This document shows positions 10,048 to 21,695 of a stretch of 34,526 nucleotides of DNA, in pieces. Each line of letters opens with the position of its first letter. Position 1 is the first letter of the stretch. Below the pieces are notes generated by a model. It did no database searches. It was not told the origin of the DNA and was given only the letters and a program-made list of their open reading frames with translations. The translations under genes were made by a program, and so were the position numbers. Source of the DNA: Malacoraja senta. Taxonomy: Eukaryota. The stretch lies in NCBI GenBank assembly GCA_038087875.1, contig JAXLNO010000377.1, positions 1 to 34,526 of the forward strand, given 5' to 3'.

Positions 10048-10835
10048 CTCCGGAAGTGGCGGCGCTGCCTTGCAGCTGCGGCTCGCTTGCAGTCCGTTTG
10101 TCTTTTCTTTTTTTGTTTTCTTTTGTCCCGTTGTTGCGGTTTGTTTTGGTTTATTTTAGTGGGAGAAGCATGTTTTTTGGCTCTTCCTTCGGGGGGATGC
10201 GACCTTTCTTGCCGTATCCCCCGTCTCCTTCTCCGTCTGCGCTGAGGCCTATCGCGGAGCTGCCGGCCTCCAACTGGGACCGACCTCGGGGCTCGGGAGG
10301 CAGAGCCAGCCGGGACTTGCCAGCGCGGGGCTGGCCGACTTCGGGGCTGTGGTGGCGTTGCGACCCGACTTCCGACCCGACTTCGGAGCCTCGGAGGCTC
10401 GGCGAGGGCCAGTGGACGACATTGTCGGGAGCTCGCAGGCCACAGGTTGGTGACCTGTTTTTCCGTAGCTCCCGCAACAACAGCTGCGTCCGCTGGACTG
10501 GAGGGCGGCAGCTTCGGCCGCTTCGACCGCCCTGGGCCGCGGAGTTTGAACCGGCCCGTTCGGATTCAGCCGCGGTACTTACTTACCATCACCCGGCGGG
10601 GTCACAACATCGGAGGCCTGGATCGCCTCAGCGCAGAGGGAGAGCAAGGAGGGAAGAGACATGGACTTTGGGACTTTTTGCCTTCCATCACAGTGAGGAG
10701 GTGCTTGGTGGACTCACTGTGGTGGATGTTAAACTGTGTTGAGTGTGTGTTTTTGTTATTTATTCTATGTTATGACTGCAGGCTAAACCATTTTGTTGCA
10801 CTGAAAAGTGCAATGACAATAAAATTGAATACAAT
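10048..10835 (+). mobile_element. ~790-bp GC/CpG-rich non-autonomous retroposon with a Rex1-type tail
   Basis: 5' CTCCGGAAGTGGCGGCGCTG, T-rich tract, CpG-rich body, TTGCCTTCCATCACAGTG, GCAATGACAATAAA tail. Related to 5237-6060. Confidence 0.7.
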
Positions 10836-10999
10836 AGAGTACCAGGTAGTATAAAGAGAAAAATTAACAGAGTTACAGAGAGAGTGCAGATGAAAGAAAA
10901 ATGTTCAAGGGCCAACTTGAGGTGGGTTGGGAGATCGGGACTACACCCTTAGCTTATGAGAGGTCCTGTCAATAGTCTGATAACACCTGGAGATACGCA

Positions 11000-11240
11000 T
11001 CTTTTTCATACAGAGCAGTTATTGTTTATACATAGGTGTCTGGAGAGCATTACCAAGGGTGGTGGAGGAAGCAAATCCAAGTGTGGTGTTCAAGAGGCTT
11101 TAAAATAGGCATGTTGATTTGCGGGGAGAAGAGGGATATGGATCAGGTGCAGGGAAAGGAGATTAATTTGGCATCATGTGCAGCACAGACATTGCGGGCT
11201 GAAGGGCCTGTTCCTGTGTTGTACAGTTCTACTCTCTACG
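11000..11240 (+). mobile_element. Old CR1-like LINE 3' end
   Basis: TTTTTCATACAGAG...GGGTGGTGGAGG...GGGCTGAAGGGCCTGTTCCTGTG. Confidence 0.7.
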
Positions 11241-11847
11241 TCGGTGGTTTGAGAGCCTATTGTTTAATTACACAGTCAGCCAGTGTGATGTGGGATGTAG
11301 GGTCACTCGAAGCATATGCAATAACACATTTCAAGAGGGAATTTGATACTTGAAGGGAATAAAGTCGCAGGGATTTAGGACTGAAGCAGACAGAGAATAA
11401 TTTGCTAGCTCTTTTCAAGACGCTGTGGTAAATACGCCTGCATGCTGTACCATTTTATGGTTCTCTGATTTCTTCCACATTATCAAGGAATGCCATACAT
11501 CAAGGTACCCAAGATTATAATGTGATCCTCGTAATCTCTCCAAGAAAGCATTGGTGATGTGGGGTGGATTGGGGCGCGCAGCGGGGGAGAAATTGCACTT
11601 TAGAAGATAGATTGGAACAGTTAAATCCTTCCTGAGCAGTGGCTTCAGATAGCCAGCTGTGATGAATGTTGAATTGTCAGCAGAAGCAAGAGAGTTTCAC
11701 ACAGCGACTCCTTGCTATCCACTCACCCATCTCTCCCACTGGGATTCAAATCTGATGTGGCCATATTTAATCCGAACCTGTGTAATATTACAGCCTTATA
11801 CTTTTTCTTGATTCGTACGGGTGTCAGAGGTTATGGGGAGAAGGCAG

Positions 11848-12467
11848 GAAACATAGAAACATAGAAAATAGGTTCCAGGAGTAGGCCATTTGGGCCTTCG
11901 AGCCAGCACTGTCATTCGATATGATCATGGCTGATCGTTCAAAATCAGTACCCCGTTCCCGCTTTCTCCCCATATCCCTTGATTCCGTTAGCCCTAAGAG
12001 CTAAACCTAACTCTCTCTTGAAAACGTCCAGTTAATTGGCCTCCACTGCCTTCTGTGGCAGAGAATTCCACAGATTCACAACTCTCTGGGTGAAAAAGCT
12101 TTCCCGCATCTCAGTCCTAAATGGCCTACCCCTTATTCTTAAACTGTGACCCCTGGTTCTGGACTCCCCCAACATCGGGAACATTTTTCCTGCATCTACC
12201 CTGTCCAATCCCTTGAGAATTTTATATGTTTCTATAAGATATCCTCTCATCCTTCTAAACCAGTGAATACAAGACCAGTCGATCCATCCTTTCATCATAT
12301 GTCAGTCCCGCCATCCCGGCAATTAACCTGGTGAACCTACGCTGCACTCCCTCAAAAGCAATAATGTCCTTCCTCAAATTAGGAGACCAAAACTGCACAC
12401 AATACTGCAGGTGCGGTCTCACCAGCACCCTGTACAACTGCAGTAGGACCTCCTTGCTCCTAAACTA
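11848..12467 (-). mobile_element. CR1/HER1-like LINE 3' fragment nested in an older plus-strand LINE tail (11805-11847, 12476-12585)
   Basis: ORFs 12032..12298 and 12255..12437(-): YRVLVRPHLQYCVQFWSPNLRKDI..EGVQRRFTRLI; host 3'UTR resumes after 12475. Confidence 0.9.
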
Positions 12468-12704
12468 AACTAAAAGGAGAATGGGATTATGAGGGAGAGA
12501 TAGATCAGCCATGATTGAATGCCGGAGTATACTTGATGGGCCGAATGGCCTAATTCTGCTCCTATTGCTTATGACCTTATGATCTTGCACCTGTGTAGGT
12601 AGGTTCGGCACCAGAATAAATTAGGCTAAGGTTGTTGTGAGACATGGGGAATTATGTAATCCCATCTCTTAAGATCTAGGTTATCCTAGTGGTGCTTCTT
12701 TGAT

Positions 12705-13402
12705 GTTCATAGGTTCATACGTTATAGGATGAGCAGAATTATGCCATTCAGCCCATCATGTCTACAGTGCCATTCAATCATGACTAATCTATCTTTCCCT
12801 CTCAACCCCGTTCTCATGCTTTCTCCCCATAACCCCCAACATCCGTACTAATCAAGAACCTGTCAATCTCTGCCTTAAAATACCCAATGACGGCCTCCAC
12901 AGCCAACTGTGGCAATGAATTCCACCGATTCACCGAGATGAGAAAATCATTTTTCACACAGAGTGGTGAATCTGTGGAATTCTCTGCCACAGAAGGTAGT
13001 TGAGGCCAGTTCATTGGCTATATTTAAGAGGGAGTTAGATGTGGTCCTTGTGGCTAAGGGGATCAGGGGGTATGGAGAGAAGGCAGGTACGGGATACTGA
13101 GTTGGATGATCAGCCATGATCATATTGAATGGCGGTGCAGGCTCGAAGGGCCGAATGGCCTACTCCTGCACCTATTTTCTATGTATCTATGTATCTATGT
13201 ATCCCCTCCCCAAAGGTGCATCCTTTTATTCTGAGGCTATGGCCTCTGGTCCTGAACTCTCCCACTAGTGGAAACATCCTCTCCACATCCACTCTATCCA
13301 GTCCTTTCACCATTCAGTAAGTTTCAATGAGGTGACCCCTCAAACTTCTAAACTCCAGCGAGTAGAGGCCCAGTCCCGTCAAACACTCCTCATATGTTAA
13401 CT
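12705..13402 (-). mobile_element. Old CR1-like LINE fragment interrupted by a young opposite-strand copy
   Basis: Minus-strand LINE at 12705-12932 continues at 13202-13402 (GLYSLEFRSLRGHLIETY). Confidence 0.8.
12933..13201 (+). mobile_element. Young CR1/HER1-like LINE 3' end
   Basis: Near-identical to 140-364; (ATCTATGT)n tail. Confidence 0.9.
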
Positions 13403-13689
13403 CAATGCATTTCTGGTGGAGTGAAACTAAATCCAAGAGAGGAAAAAGTGGGCACAGAACATAATCTAGTGGATATGTTGACCAACCTGCGTTCATTTTA
13501 ATTTATTTTCCAGTAAGCACTGGACCTAACCATCCGTCCTTTTGACTTGAGCAATAAAATCAAAACCCGCATATCTTCAAAACATTTTGTGTTTTCTGAT
13601 TGACTGAAAGTTTGAAAGATACAGTATGGAAACAGACCCTTCGGCCCATTGTGTCTATGCCAACTATCAATCACCCTTTCACACTAGCT

Positions 13690-13955
13690 TAGTTTAGTTT
13701 ATTTTATTGTCACGTGTACGGAGGTAGAGTGAAAAGCTTTTATTACGTGCTAAACTGGGAGTGGAGAGACAATACGATTACAATCAAGCCATCTGCAGTG
13801 TAAAAATACATGATAAAGGGAATAACGTGAATAATGGTCACTGTAAGATAGTCCTGTAAAGTCCGATCAAAGATAGTTCGAGGGTCTCCAATGAGATAGA
13901 TAGTAGCCCAGGATTCTCTCTAGTTGTTGGTAGGATGGTTCAGTTGCCTGATAAT
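13690..13955 (-). mobile_element. Rex1-type 3' tail/UTR fragment
   Basis: TTTATTGTCAC (TGACAATAAA on minus) next to (AGTTT)n; ends in CAGTTGCCTGATAA. Confidence 0.6.
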
Positions 13956-13974
13956 CCGGTGCCTGATATTTTAG

Positions 13975-14216
13975 TTCTATATTATTCCACTTTCGCATCC
14001 ACTCTCTGCACATCAGTGCCAATTTACAGAGGTCAATTAGCCTACAAACCAGCACGTCTTTGGAATGTGGGAGGAAACCGGAACACCCGGAAGAAACCCA
14101 CTTGGTTGAAGGGAGAACAGGCAAACTCTGCTCAGACCAACACCCGAGGTGAGGATCGAACTTGGGTCACTGCCGCTGTAAAGCAGCAGCTCTACCAGCT
14201 ATGCCACTGCACCGCC
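13975..14216 (-). mobile_element. HE1-type V-SINE (its tail lies at ~13610-13690)
   Basis: Minus-strand head GGCGGTGCAGTGGCATAGCTGGTAGAGCTGCTGC...GTTCGATCC. Confidence 0.82.
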
Positions 14217-14563
14217 CAGCTGCGCCACTGTGCTTGAAATAACACAGCCCGCATTAAATTGATTAAATTGCCTGGCAATGGAAAATTCCAAAGGCATAAT
14301 TCTAAATATAATACAAAATATTCTGTCTCTGTATTAAAGCCCAAAATAGACATCTCAAATGTTTCCAGACTATGAGAAGATGCACTCACAGTAAATGCCA
14401 GCATAAGGGGCTTGCAGCTTTGGTGAAGGCAAGAGTTGAGTCAAGTGTTTTATTGTCATATGTCACAGATAGAACTATTACATTCTTACTTGTAGTAACA
14501 CAACAGTATATGTAAACATAGTACATTGTAAACAATATAATAAGCGGGAAAAATAAGTTGTGA

Positions 14564-15016
14564 GTGTATATACACATACATATATATATATAATTTACAT
14601 ATACTGTACATACATATACACACATATACATATACTCACATATACATATGCACACACATATACACATGCATACATACATATATACACACATACACACACA
14701 TACATATATACATACACTCACACATATACATATACACACACATAAACACACACACAAGTACATATACACATACACACACATATACATATATACAAACATA
14801 CATACATATAAATAAACACACACAAATAAACATATACCCACACATATATTCATATTCACATACATAAACATATACATATCCATATAAACACACATATACA
14901 CACATACATAGATAGATATGTATGTGTATATGTGTGTGTGTATGTGTGTGTATATGTATATATATATACACACACGCGCGCGCACACACACACACGCACG
15001 CACACATGCATACACA
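14564..15016. repeat. Compound (CA/TA)n microsatellite, ~450 bp
   Basis: Alternating purine-pyrimidine runs; orientation switches to (TG/TA)n at ~14918-14968. Confidence 0.95.
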
Positions 15017-15349
15017 TGAAAAACAAATGATGATCATGCATCTCACATCACCACATTTTTCATTCAACTGCCCTCAAAATTAAAAGAACTGGTGATGCAC
15101 CAAATACATCAAGAATTTTCAGTTTGCCAACACTGTTTTCAAGTCGCGTTAAGCCATGAAATGTTATTATATTCTGACATGTACATGTCTGTTTATCCAA
15201 CATTAATTTTTGATATGACCGCAAAATAAGTGTAACAGTTTTCATTTGCTCAATGGACAAAAAGATAATGGCTTCGGAGGATACAGTCCATGATGCGATT
15301 ATGGCCAATTTAAGAATGATGCTGCTGCTATGCCTTTTGTAAGTGTTCA

Positions 15350-15670
15350 GTTTTAGTTGTTCAGCTTAAAGACGCATCATGGAAAAAGGCCCTTTGGCCC
15401 ACCGACTCCCTGCACATTAACACTATCCTACACACACGAGGGACAATTTTTACAATTTTACCATGCCAATTAACCTACAAACCTGTACATCTTTGGAGTG
15501 CGGGGGGAAACCGGAGCTCCCAGAGTAAACCCACGTGGATCACAGGGAGAACGTACAAACTCAGTACAGACAGCACCCATAGTCAGGATGGGACCTGGGA
15601 CTCGGGCGCTGTAAGTCAGCAACTCTACTATTGCTCGGGCGCTGTAAGTCAGCAACGCCACCCTGCCGCA
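15350..15670 (-). mobile_element. HE1-type V-SINE with internal duplication
   Basis: V-domain on minus; CTCGGGCGCTGTAAGTCAGCAAC occurs twice (15601-15623, 15634-15656). Confidence 0.85.
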
Positions 15671-16484
15671 CTATATGACCTTTGATGAGCGCAAAAGATG
15701 TAATTGCCCATCCAGTTTGTCCAGTTTTGTCCACTGTACCAGAGTTCAGCAGGAGACAGAGGAATTGGTCCTCTCTCTTCTCCAGACCCAGAAACACGAT
15801 ACTATTACTTTGCCGTTTACTACGCGGTGTGTAGAGGTAAACCACCAAGCCGGCCCCTGCTCGCCACGGACCGGAGAACCGGAGAGGGGGACGGAGGGAG
15901 ATTACGAATGAGACCAGCGATGTGGCTTTAGCATTAACGTATGCCCTGCTCAGAAATGAAATAATATGTAATGGGGAGCATTAAACAATGCATCTTCGAA
16001 GAATTACTGATGTGATGACCATTGAGTGCCGCATTAGTAATAATTCTCAGCTCTCCTTAGCTGCGTGAAATGTAAAAATGAAATTTTATGTACCACAGAA
16101 TTCATGGAACCCTGCTCAGGGTAGTCTATCATATACATTTCAACAGATGCTTTTCAGAATAGAGGAATTATTGCACTCAGTTACCCCTACATCATTTTAC
16201 TTGTATTCAGATTTTTCTCATTCATGCTGTCTCGGTGATTTATTGTTATTGGAGTGTAGGCTTGCAGGACATTAAAGTCAAGATCTCATTTTCAGGCTTG
16301 AAGATGAATTTACATCAGCATGCAATAGTTTGAATGGATGGATGGAGGGAAATCAACAACCTTTGGGCAAGTTAGACTAGGGTCATTTACTCACATGAAG
16401 GGTTAAAATCATCAGGGGCTGTTGCGTCGAATGGCTTCTGAAGAACCCTCTAGGTGTGTCTTTGTTTTGTGTAATGTATATAAA

Positions 16485-16770
16485 GACGAGAAGTCATAGC
16501 TTTAAGGTGAGAGGGCAAAGTTCATAGGGGATGTGCAAGAACGTTTTTTTTTGCACAGAGTTGTGAGTGCCTAGAACACAGTGCTGGGGGTGGTGGTGGG
16601 AGGCAGATGCAGAAGTAGTGGTTTATGAGTGGAGTTTTAGATAGGCACATGGATATGCAGCGAATGTAAGGATATGGATCACGTGTAGACTGATGCGGTT
16701 CGTTTTAGTTTGGCATTATGTTCGGCGCGGACATTGTGGGCCTGTTCGTGTGCTGTACTCTTCTTTGTTC
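16485..16770 (+). mobile_element. Old CR1-like LINE 3' end
   Basis: CATAGCTTTAAGGTGAGAGGG...TTTTTGCACAGAG...GGGCCTGTTCGTGTGCTGTAC. Confidence 0.75.
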
Positions 16771-16939
16771 TATATCACTGTGAAATCAATTTATTTTTTA
16801 ATTTACTTGCAAAAAATATTCTGTAATTATGTACGTTTGCTTTCCCCACATGTCATGAACTTTACAAAACAAACATTCAAATATCAAAGACTCAATACTT
16901 CAATTGCAGAAACAATTGAGACAGATTTTAGACATGGCG

Positions 16940-17195
16940 GCAACGAACGAGGGATTTCTTTAGCCAGAGGGTGGTGAATCAATGGAATTTATTGCCGCAA
17001 GTCAGTTGGAGGCCAAGTCATTGGGTATTTTCAAGGCGGAGATTGACAGATTCAAGATTAGTAAGGGTGTCAAAGATCATGGAGAGAAGGCAGGAGAATG
17101 GGGTTGAGAAAGAAATATAGATCAGCCATGATTGAATGACAGAGTAGACTCGATGGATCAAAAGGACTACTTCTGCTCCTTTGACTTATGAACCT
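16940..17195 (+). mobile_element. CR1-like LINE 3' end
   Basis: TTCTTTAGCCAGAGGGTGGTGAATC...GATCAGCCATGATTGAATG. Confidence 0.82.
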
Positions 17196-17434
17196 CCATG
17201 ATATCACCCCTTAGCCTCCTGCGCTCCAAGGAATAAAATTCTATGATATATGCCTACACAGAACTGCCAAATACAAACGACAGGGAAAGATTGGAATAGA
17301 TTCTACTCTGGGGAAAAGCATTGATACATGCACAAAGGTTCACAAAATGAATGAAAACTGCGAATGAGTAGAAACACAAAAACCCATATATAGACTCAAA
17401 TCTCTGCGTAGATCATTAGTATCTGGACAATAAT

Positions 17435-17757
17435 GTTTAGTTTAGTTTAGTTTAGAGATACAGCCCGGAAACTGGCCATTCGGCCCACCAAGTCAGTACC
17501 GACCAGCGATCCACACACATTAACACAATCCTACACGCACTAGGGACAATTTACACATACCAATCCAATTAACTCATAAACCTGTACGTCTTTGGAGCGT
17601 GGGTGGAAACCGAAGATCTCAAAGAAAACCCACGTGGTCACGGGGAGAACGTACAAACTCCGTACAGAATGCACCTGTAGTCAGGGCCGATCCCTGGTCT
17701 CTGGCGCTGCAAGCGCTGTAAGGCAGCAACTCTACCACTGCACCACCGTGCCGCCCT
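17435..17757 (-). mobile_element. Full-length HE1-type V-SINE
   Basis: GGGCGGCACGGTGGTGCAGTGGTAGAGTTGCTGCC head on minus; (AAACT)n tail at 17435-17454. Confidence 0.92.
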
Positions 17758-18203
17758 GAATTATATTCATATTTTGTGAATTATATTTCAAATAAAGTAT
17801 GAAGAACCATGAATATAGTTTGCAGATCGTGAAAGAATTGCTATATCTACTGTAATCAAAGAATTAAAGGCAAAAAAAAATTCACCTTGAATTAAAATTC
17901 AGTTGCTATCTATGCCTAGCTTCACTCATGAGAGAAGATGAAACGTTCTCAGTGCAATGACAGAGGAAAGTAGATCTCCCACTGAATGCCAACACGTCAG
18001 TACCTCACCCCCACATCAAATAGAAATCTTAGCACAGAAACAATTTGTAATTAAGGCTGTAATGTGTTCCCTTTCCCAGGGTTTAAACTTTAAAGCATAT
18101 TATTAAATTGTCAATGAAATATGGCTTCTATTTTGCCACAAGACGAGTGGCTTCTAGGTAGTGAAATGGAACATGGAACATAGAACAATACAACACAGGA
18201 ACT

Positions 18204-18300
18204 GTCTGAAGAAGGGTCCTGATCTAATACGTCACCTGTCCATTTCCTCCAGAGATGCTGCTTGAGCCGTTGAGTTACTCCAGCAATTTTATGCCTATCG
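18204..18300 (+). repeat. Penelope-like repeat arm with degenerate hammerhead core
   Basis: GTCTGAAGAAGGGTCCTGATCTAATACGTCACC...CCAGAGATGCTGC...TGAGTTACTCCAGCA. Confidence 0.7.
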
Positions 18301-18384
18301 CAGGAACAGGCTCTTTGTCCCACAATGTCTGTGCTGAACATGACCGACTCTTATCCACCTGCACATAACAAATAGCCCTCCATC

Positions 18385-18643
18385 CCACCAGCGATCCCCG
18401 CACATTAACACTGTCCCACACACGCTAGGAACAATTTACATTTACACCAAGCCAATTAACCCACAAACCTGTACGTCTTTGGAGTGTGGGAGGAAACCGA
18501 CGTTCTTGGAGAAAACCCACACAGGTCACAGGGAGAACGTACAAACTCTGTACAGACAAGCTCCCGTCGTCAGGATCAAACCCAGGACCCAAGTCTTTGG
18601 TGCTGTAAGGCAGCAACTCTACCACTGCACCACCGTGCCGCCC
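18385..18643 (-). mobile_element. HE1-type V-SINE (3' tail lost)
   Basis: GGGCGGCACGGTGGTGCAGTGGTAGAG head and V-domain on minus. Confidence 0.88.
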
Positions 18644-19239
18644 GTTAGTATTCAATTAGATCTCAGCCAGCTAAATAATTTCATTTTTTGGCAGAGAGTG
18701 AAGCCAAAAATAATATGTGTGACATCAGAACGAAAAAATTAAAAATGTTGTATTTCTTTCTAGCTATGGTTATTCATTATGTGGCCCAATTCAAAGGAAT
18801 TGCAGAAAATCCCAGCCTAAGCCTATTTTCTTCATGATCATGCATCTATGTGATTAATTGTCCGACTCTTATAGATGGCTTCCTCGTGGATGCTAAACAA
18901 ATGACTAATACAAGGGATGAAAATGAAAATTGAATCATTGTACTGTAGGAACTATTCTTCTGAGTCCTTATTTAATATGCTATATCAATAGATTTATTGA
19001 ATGAGCTTTATATTGTACTAAATCAGGTTTTACCTCACCGGAAAACAATCAACAACGAAATGAAAGATAGGAGTTAGAAGCATTTCTACGATTAAAATAT
19101 CTCATTTTGATAAAACGAACACTTTCACAGAAATATTAAACACAAGGATTATCCAGATATCTGTACAGATTTGATTTTAATAGCTGGGAATGCTATTAGT
19201 ACAGGCTATGAATAAATTAATACCATAATGAGACCATAA

Positions 19240-19365
19240 AACCATAAGACATAGGAACAGGATTAGGCCATTTGGCCCATTTAGTCTGCTCCACCATTCA
19301 TTCATGGCTGATCTATTTTTCTCTATCAACCCAATTCTCCTGCCTTCTCCCTGTAACCTTTGATG
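19240..19365 (-). mobile_element. CR1-like LINE 3'UTR
   Basis: AGGCCATTTGGCCCAT...CCATTCA.TCATGGCTGATCT; (ACCATAA)n tail. Confidence 0.75.
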
Positions 19366-19687
19366 GGTGAGTTAATATGTTAATCTGTGCTATCATCCAC
19401 TGAGTGCAAATAATATCAACGTAAGCTGAGGATCGGGAACAAAGAAAATGGAAATGAATAGAAAATTGGACAATTAATATGTTTAAAGTTGATGGTACTC
19501 AGGGTAATAACAGATAGTGACGGGAGATTGTAGCGTTGCCTAATGGCTGTGTTGGGGAGGGTGGCGATGACAAGGTTTGTCTTTGACCCCTCTGCTGAAA
19601 ACGTGTTGGATCTGAGACCAAAGGCCATGGATCTGATGAGCTTGTTATATGACTGGGCTCTGAAAAGTGTTCAATGACATCCTCCTT

Positions 19688-19815
19688 TAGCCTAGCCTAG
19701 TCTAGTCTAGCCTAGTCTAGCCTAGTGTATTGTCACATGCACCGAGGTACAGTGAAAAGCTTTTTGTTGCATGCTAGCCAGTCAACGGAAAGAGTATACA
19801 TGATTACAATCATTT
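19688..19815 (-). mobile_element. Rex1-type 3' tail with (CTAGY)n pentanucleotide repeat
   Basis: (CTAGC/CTAGT)n then TATTGTCACATGCACCGAGGTACAGTGAAAAGCTTTT; homologous to 13700-13790. Confidence 0.6.
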
Positions 19816-20035
19816 CACAAGACACAGAGTTGAAGGGAGAGATTACATTGCAGCCTGCCAGACAGAATGTGGGGGATGGTTTGGGAACCAAGAGTTTTGC
19901 AATTGGAGGTAGCCAAAGGATTTCAGTAATTAGAAGGGAAGATTTTCAGTGAGGGTATCCCAGTGTTTGGGGGAAGCACATCTGGAGGGCAGGCTGCAGA
20001 TTTGGGATGGTGTTGAGAGAGTAGTGCTGGAAAGG

Positions 20036-21090
20036 GTCGGCCATTTAGAAGGGAGATGAGGAAAAACATTTTCACCCAGACAGTTGTGAATTTGTGGTAT
20101 TCTCTGCCTCAGAAGGCAGTGGAGGCCGATTCACTGGATGCATTCAAACGAGTTAGATAGAGCTCTTAGGGCTAGCGGAATCAAGGGATAGTTTTAGACT
20201 GTCTGCCCTATCCAGAACCAGGGGCCACAGTTTCCAGAACCAGGGGCCACAGTCTTAGAATAAAGGGGAGGTCATTTAAGACTGAGTGGAGAAAAAACGT
20301 TTTCACCCAGAGAGTTGTGAATCTCTGGAACTCTCTGCCACAGAGGGTAGTTGAGGCCAGTTCATTGGCTATATTTAAGAGGGAATTAGATGTGGCCCTT
20401 GTGGCTAAAGGGATCAGGGGGTATGGAGAGAAGGCAGGTACGGGATACTGAGTTGGATGATCAGCCATGATCGTATTGAATGGCGGTGCAGGCTCGAAGG
20501 GCCGAATGGCCTACTCCTGCACCTAATTTCTATGTATCTATGTATCTATGTAATAGCCCGTGCCTGCATTCTCCCCATATCCCTTGATTCCACTAGCCCC
20601 TAGAGCTCTATCTAACTCTCTCTTAAATCCATCCAGTGATTTGGCCTCCACTGCCCTCTGTGGCAGGGAATTCCACAAATTCACAACTCTCTGGGTGAAA
20701 ACGTTTTTTCTCCACTCAGTCTTAAATGACCTCCCCTTTATTCTAAGACTGTGGCCCCTGGTTCTGGAAACTGTGGCCCCTGGTTCTGGATAGGGCAGAC
20801 AGTCTAAAACTTTTTTCCTGGGATAGAAATGTCGAAAACCAAAGGATATAGCTTACTTGGAGGGGCAAAGTTTAATGTGATGTACAGGCAAGTTTTATTT
20901 TGTATATACAGAACGGTGGGTACCTGGAACGCACTGCCAGGGGTGGTGGTGAAGGCAGGTACGATAGGCACACGGATGTACAGGGAATGGAGGTGTATGG
21001 ATCACGTGCAGGCAGAGGAGATTAGTTTAACTTGGCGTCATGTTCGGAGGGTGTGAGCATTGTGGGCCAAAGGGCCTGTTTCCATGTTCT
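20036..21090. mobile_element. Cluster of four CR1-like LINE fragments: 20036-20189(+), 20212-20550(+), 20557-20789(-), 20788-21090(+)
   Basis: RTRGHSL..KGR.F..E..K.FFTQRVVNLWNSLP motifs on both strands; includes a perfect 133-bp inverted repeat. Confidence 0.88.
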
Positions 21091-21384
21091 ACTCAAGTGC
21101 CCAACCTTGAGTGGTCCCAGCTCAATGTGGTCCAAGTTTCCTTGTCCTGTTTCAAAATGAATGTAGCACATTGAGCAATGTTGTTCTGGGCATCCCAATA
21201 TGGACGTCGATTATGGTGCCTCAAAATTCCTGACCAACTTTACAACCGGAAATGGAACCAAATCTGGAAAATAGTAGTAGGCATGGGAATTTCTAAGTCG
21301 TGTAATGTCATTCTTCACATACAAAGAAACAAAAAGAAGATTTTTAATGAAGAACAAAATCATGAGATGACTGGAGTGGGAAAA

Positions 21385-21695
21385 TGCATAGAGTCTCTTG
21401 CGCAGAGTAGGGGAATTGAGAACCAGAAGACATAGGTTTAAGGTGGGGGGGGGGGGTAGATTTAATAGGAACCTAGGGGGTACCTTTTTTTGCACAAAGG
21501 GTGGTGGGTGTATGGAACGAGCTGCTGGAGGAGGTAGTTTAGGGTGGTAATATCGCAACGTTTAAGAAACATTTAGGCATGGGTAGGATAGGTTTGGAGG
21601 AATATGGGCCAAACGCAAGCAGGTTGGACTACTGTAGATGGGACATGTTGGACGGCGTGGGCAAGTTGGGCTGTACGTATGGGCTCTATGACTCT
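21385..21695 (+). mobile_element. CR1-like LINE 3' end (different subfamily)
   Basis: AGAGTCTCTTGCGCAGAGTAGGGGAAT.GAGAACCAGA.GACATAGGTTTAAGGTG...TGGAACGAGCTGC. Confidence 0.8.

Noticed and set aside
9921..10742. 273-aa ORF, the longest in the window, and overlapping ORFs
   Set aside because: It spans the boundary of a GC-rich repeat, has low-complexity R/P/G/S composition and no recognisable domain; few stops are expected in GC-rich DNA.
14386..15067. 209-aa and 143-aa ORFs rich in C/V/Y/M
   Set aside because: Translations of a (CA/TA)n microsatellite.
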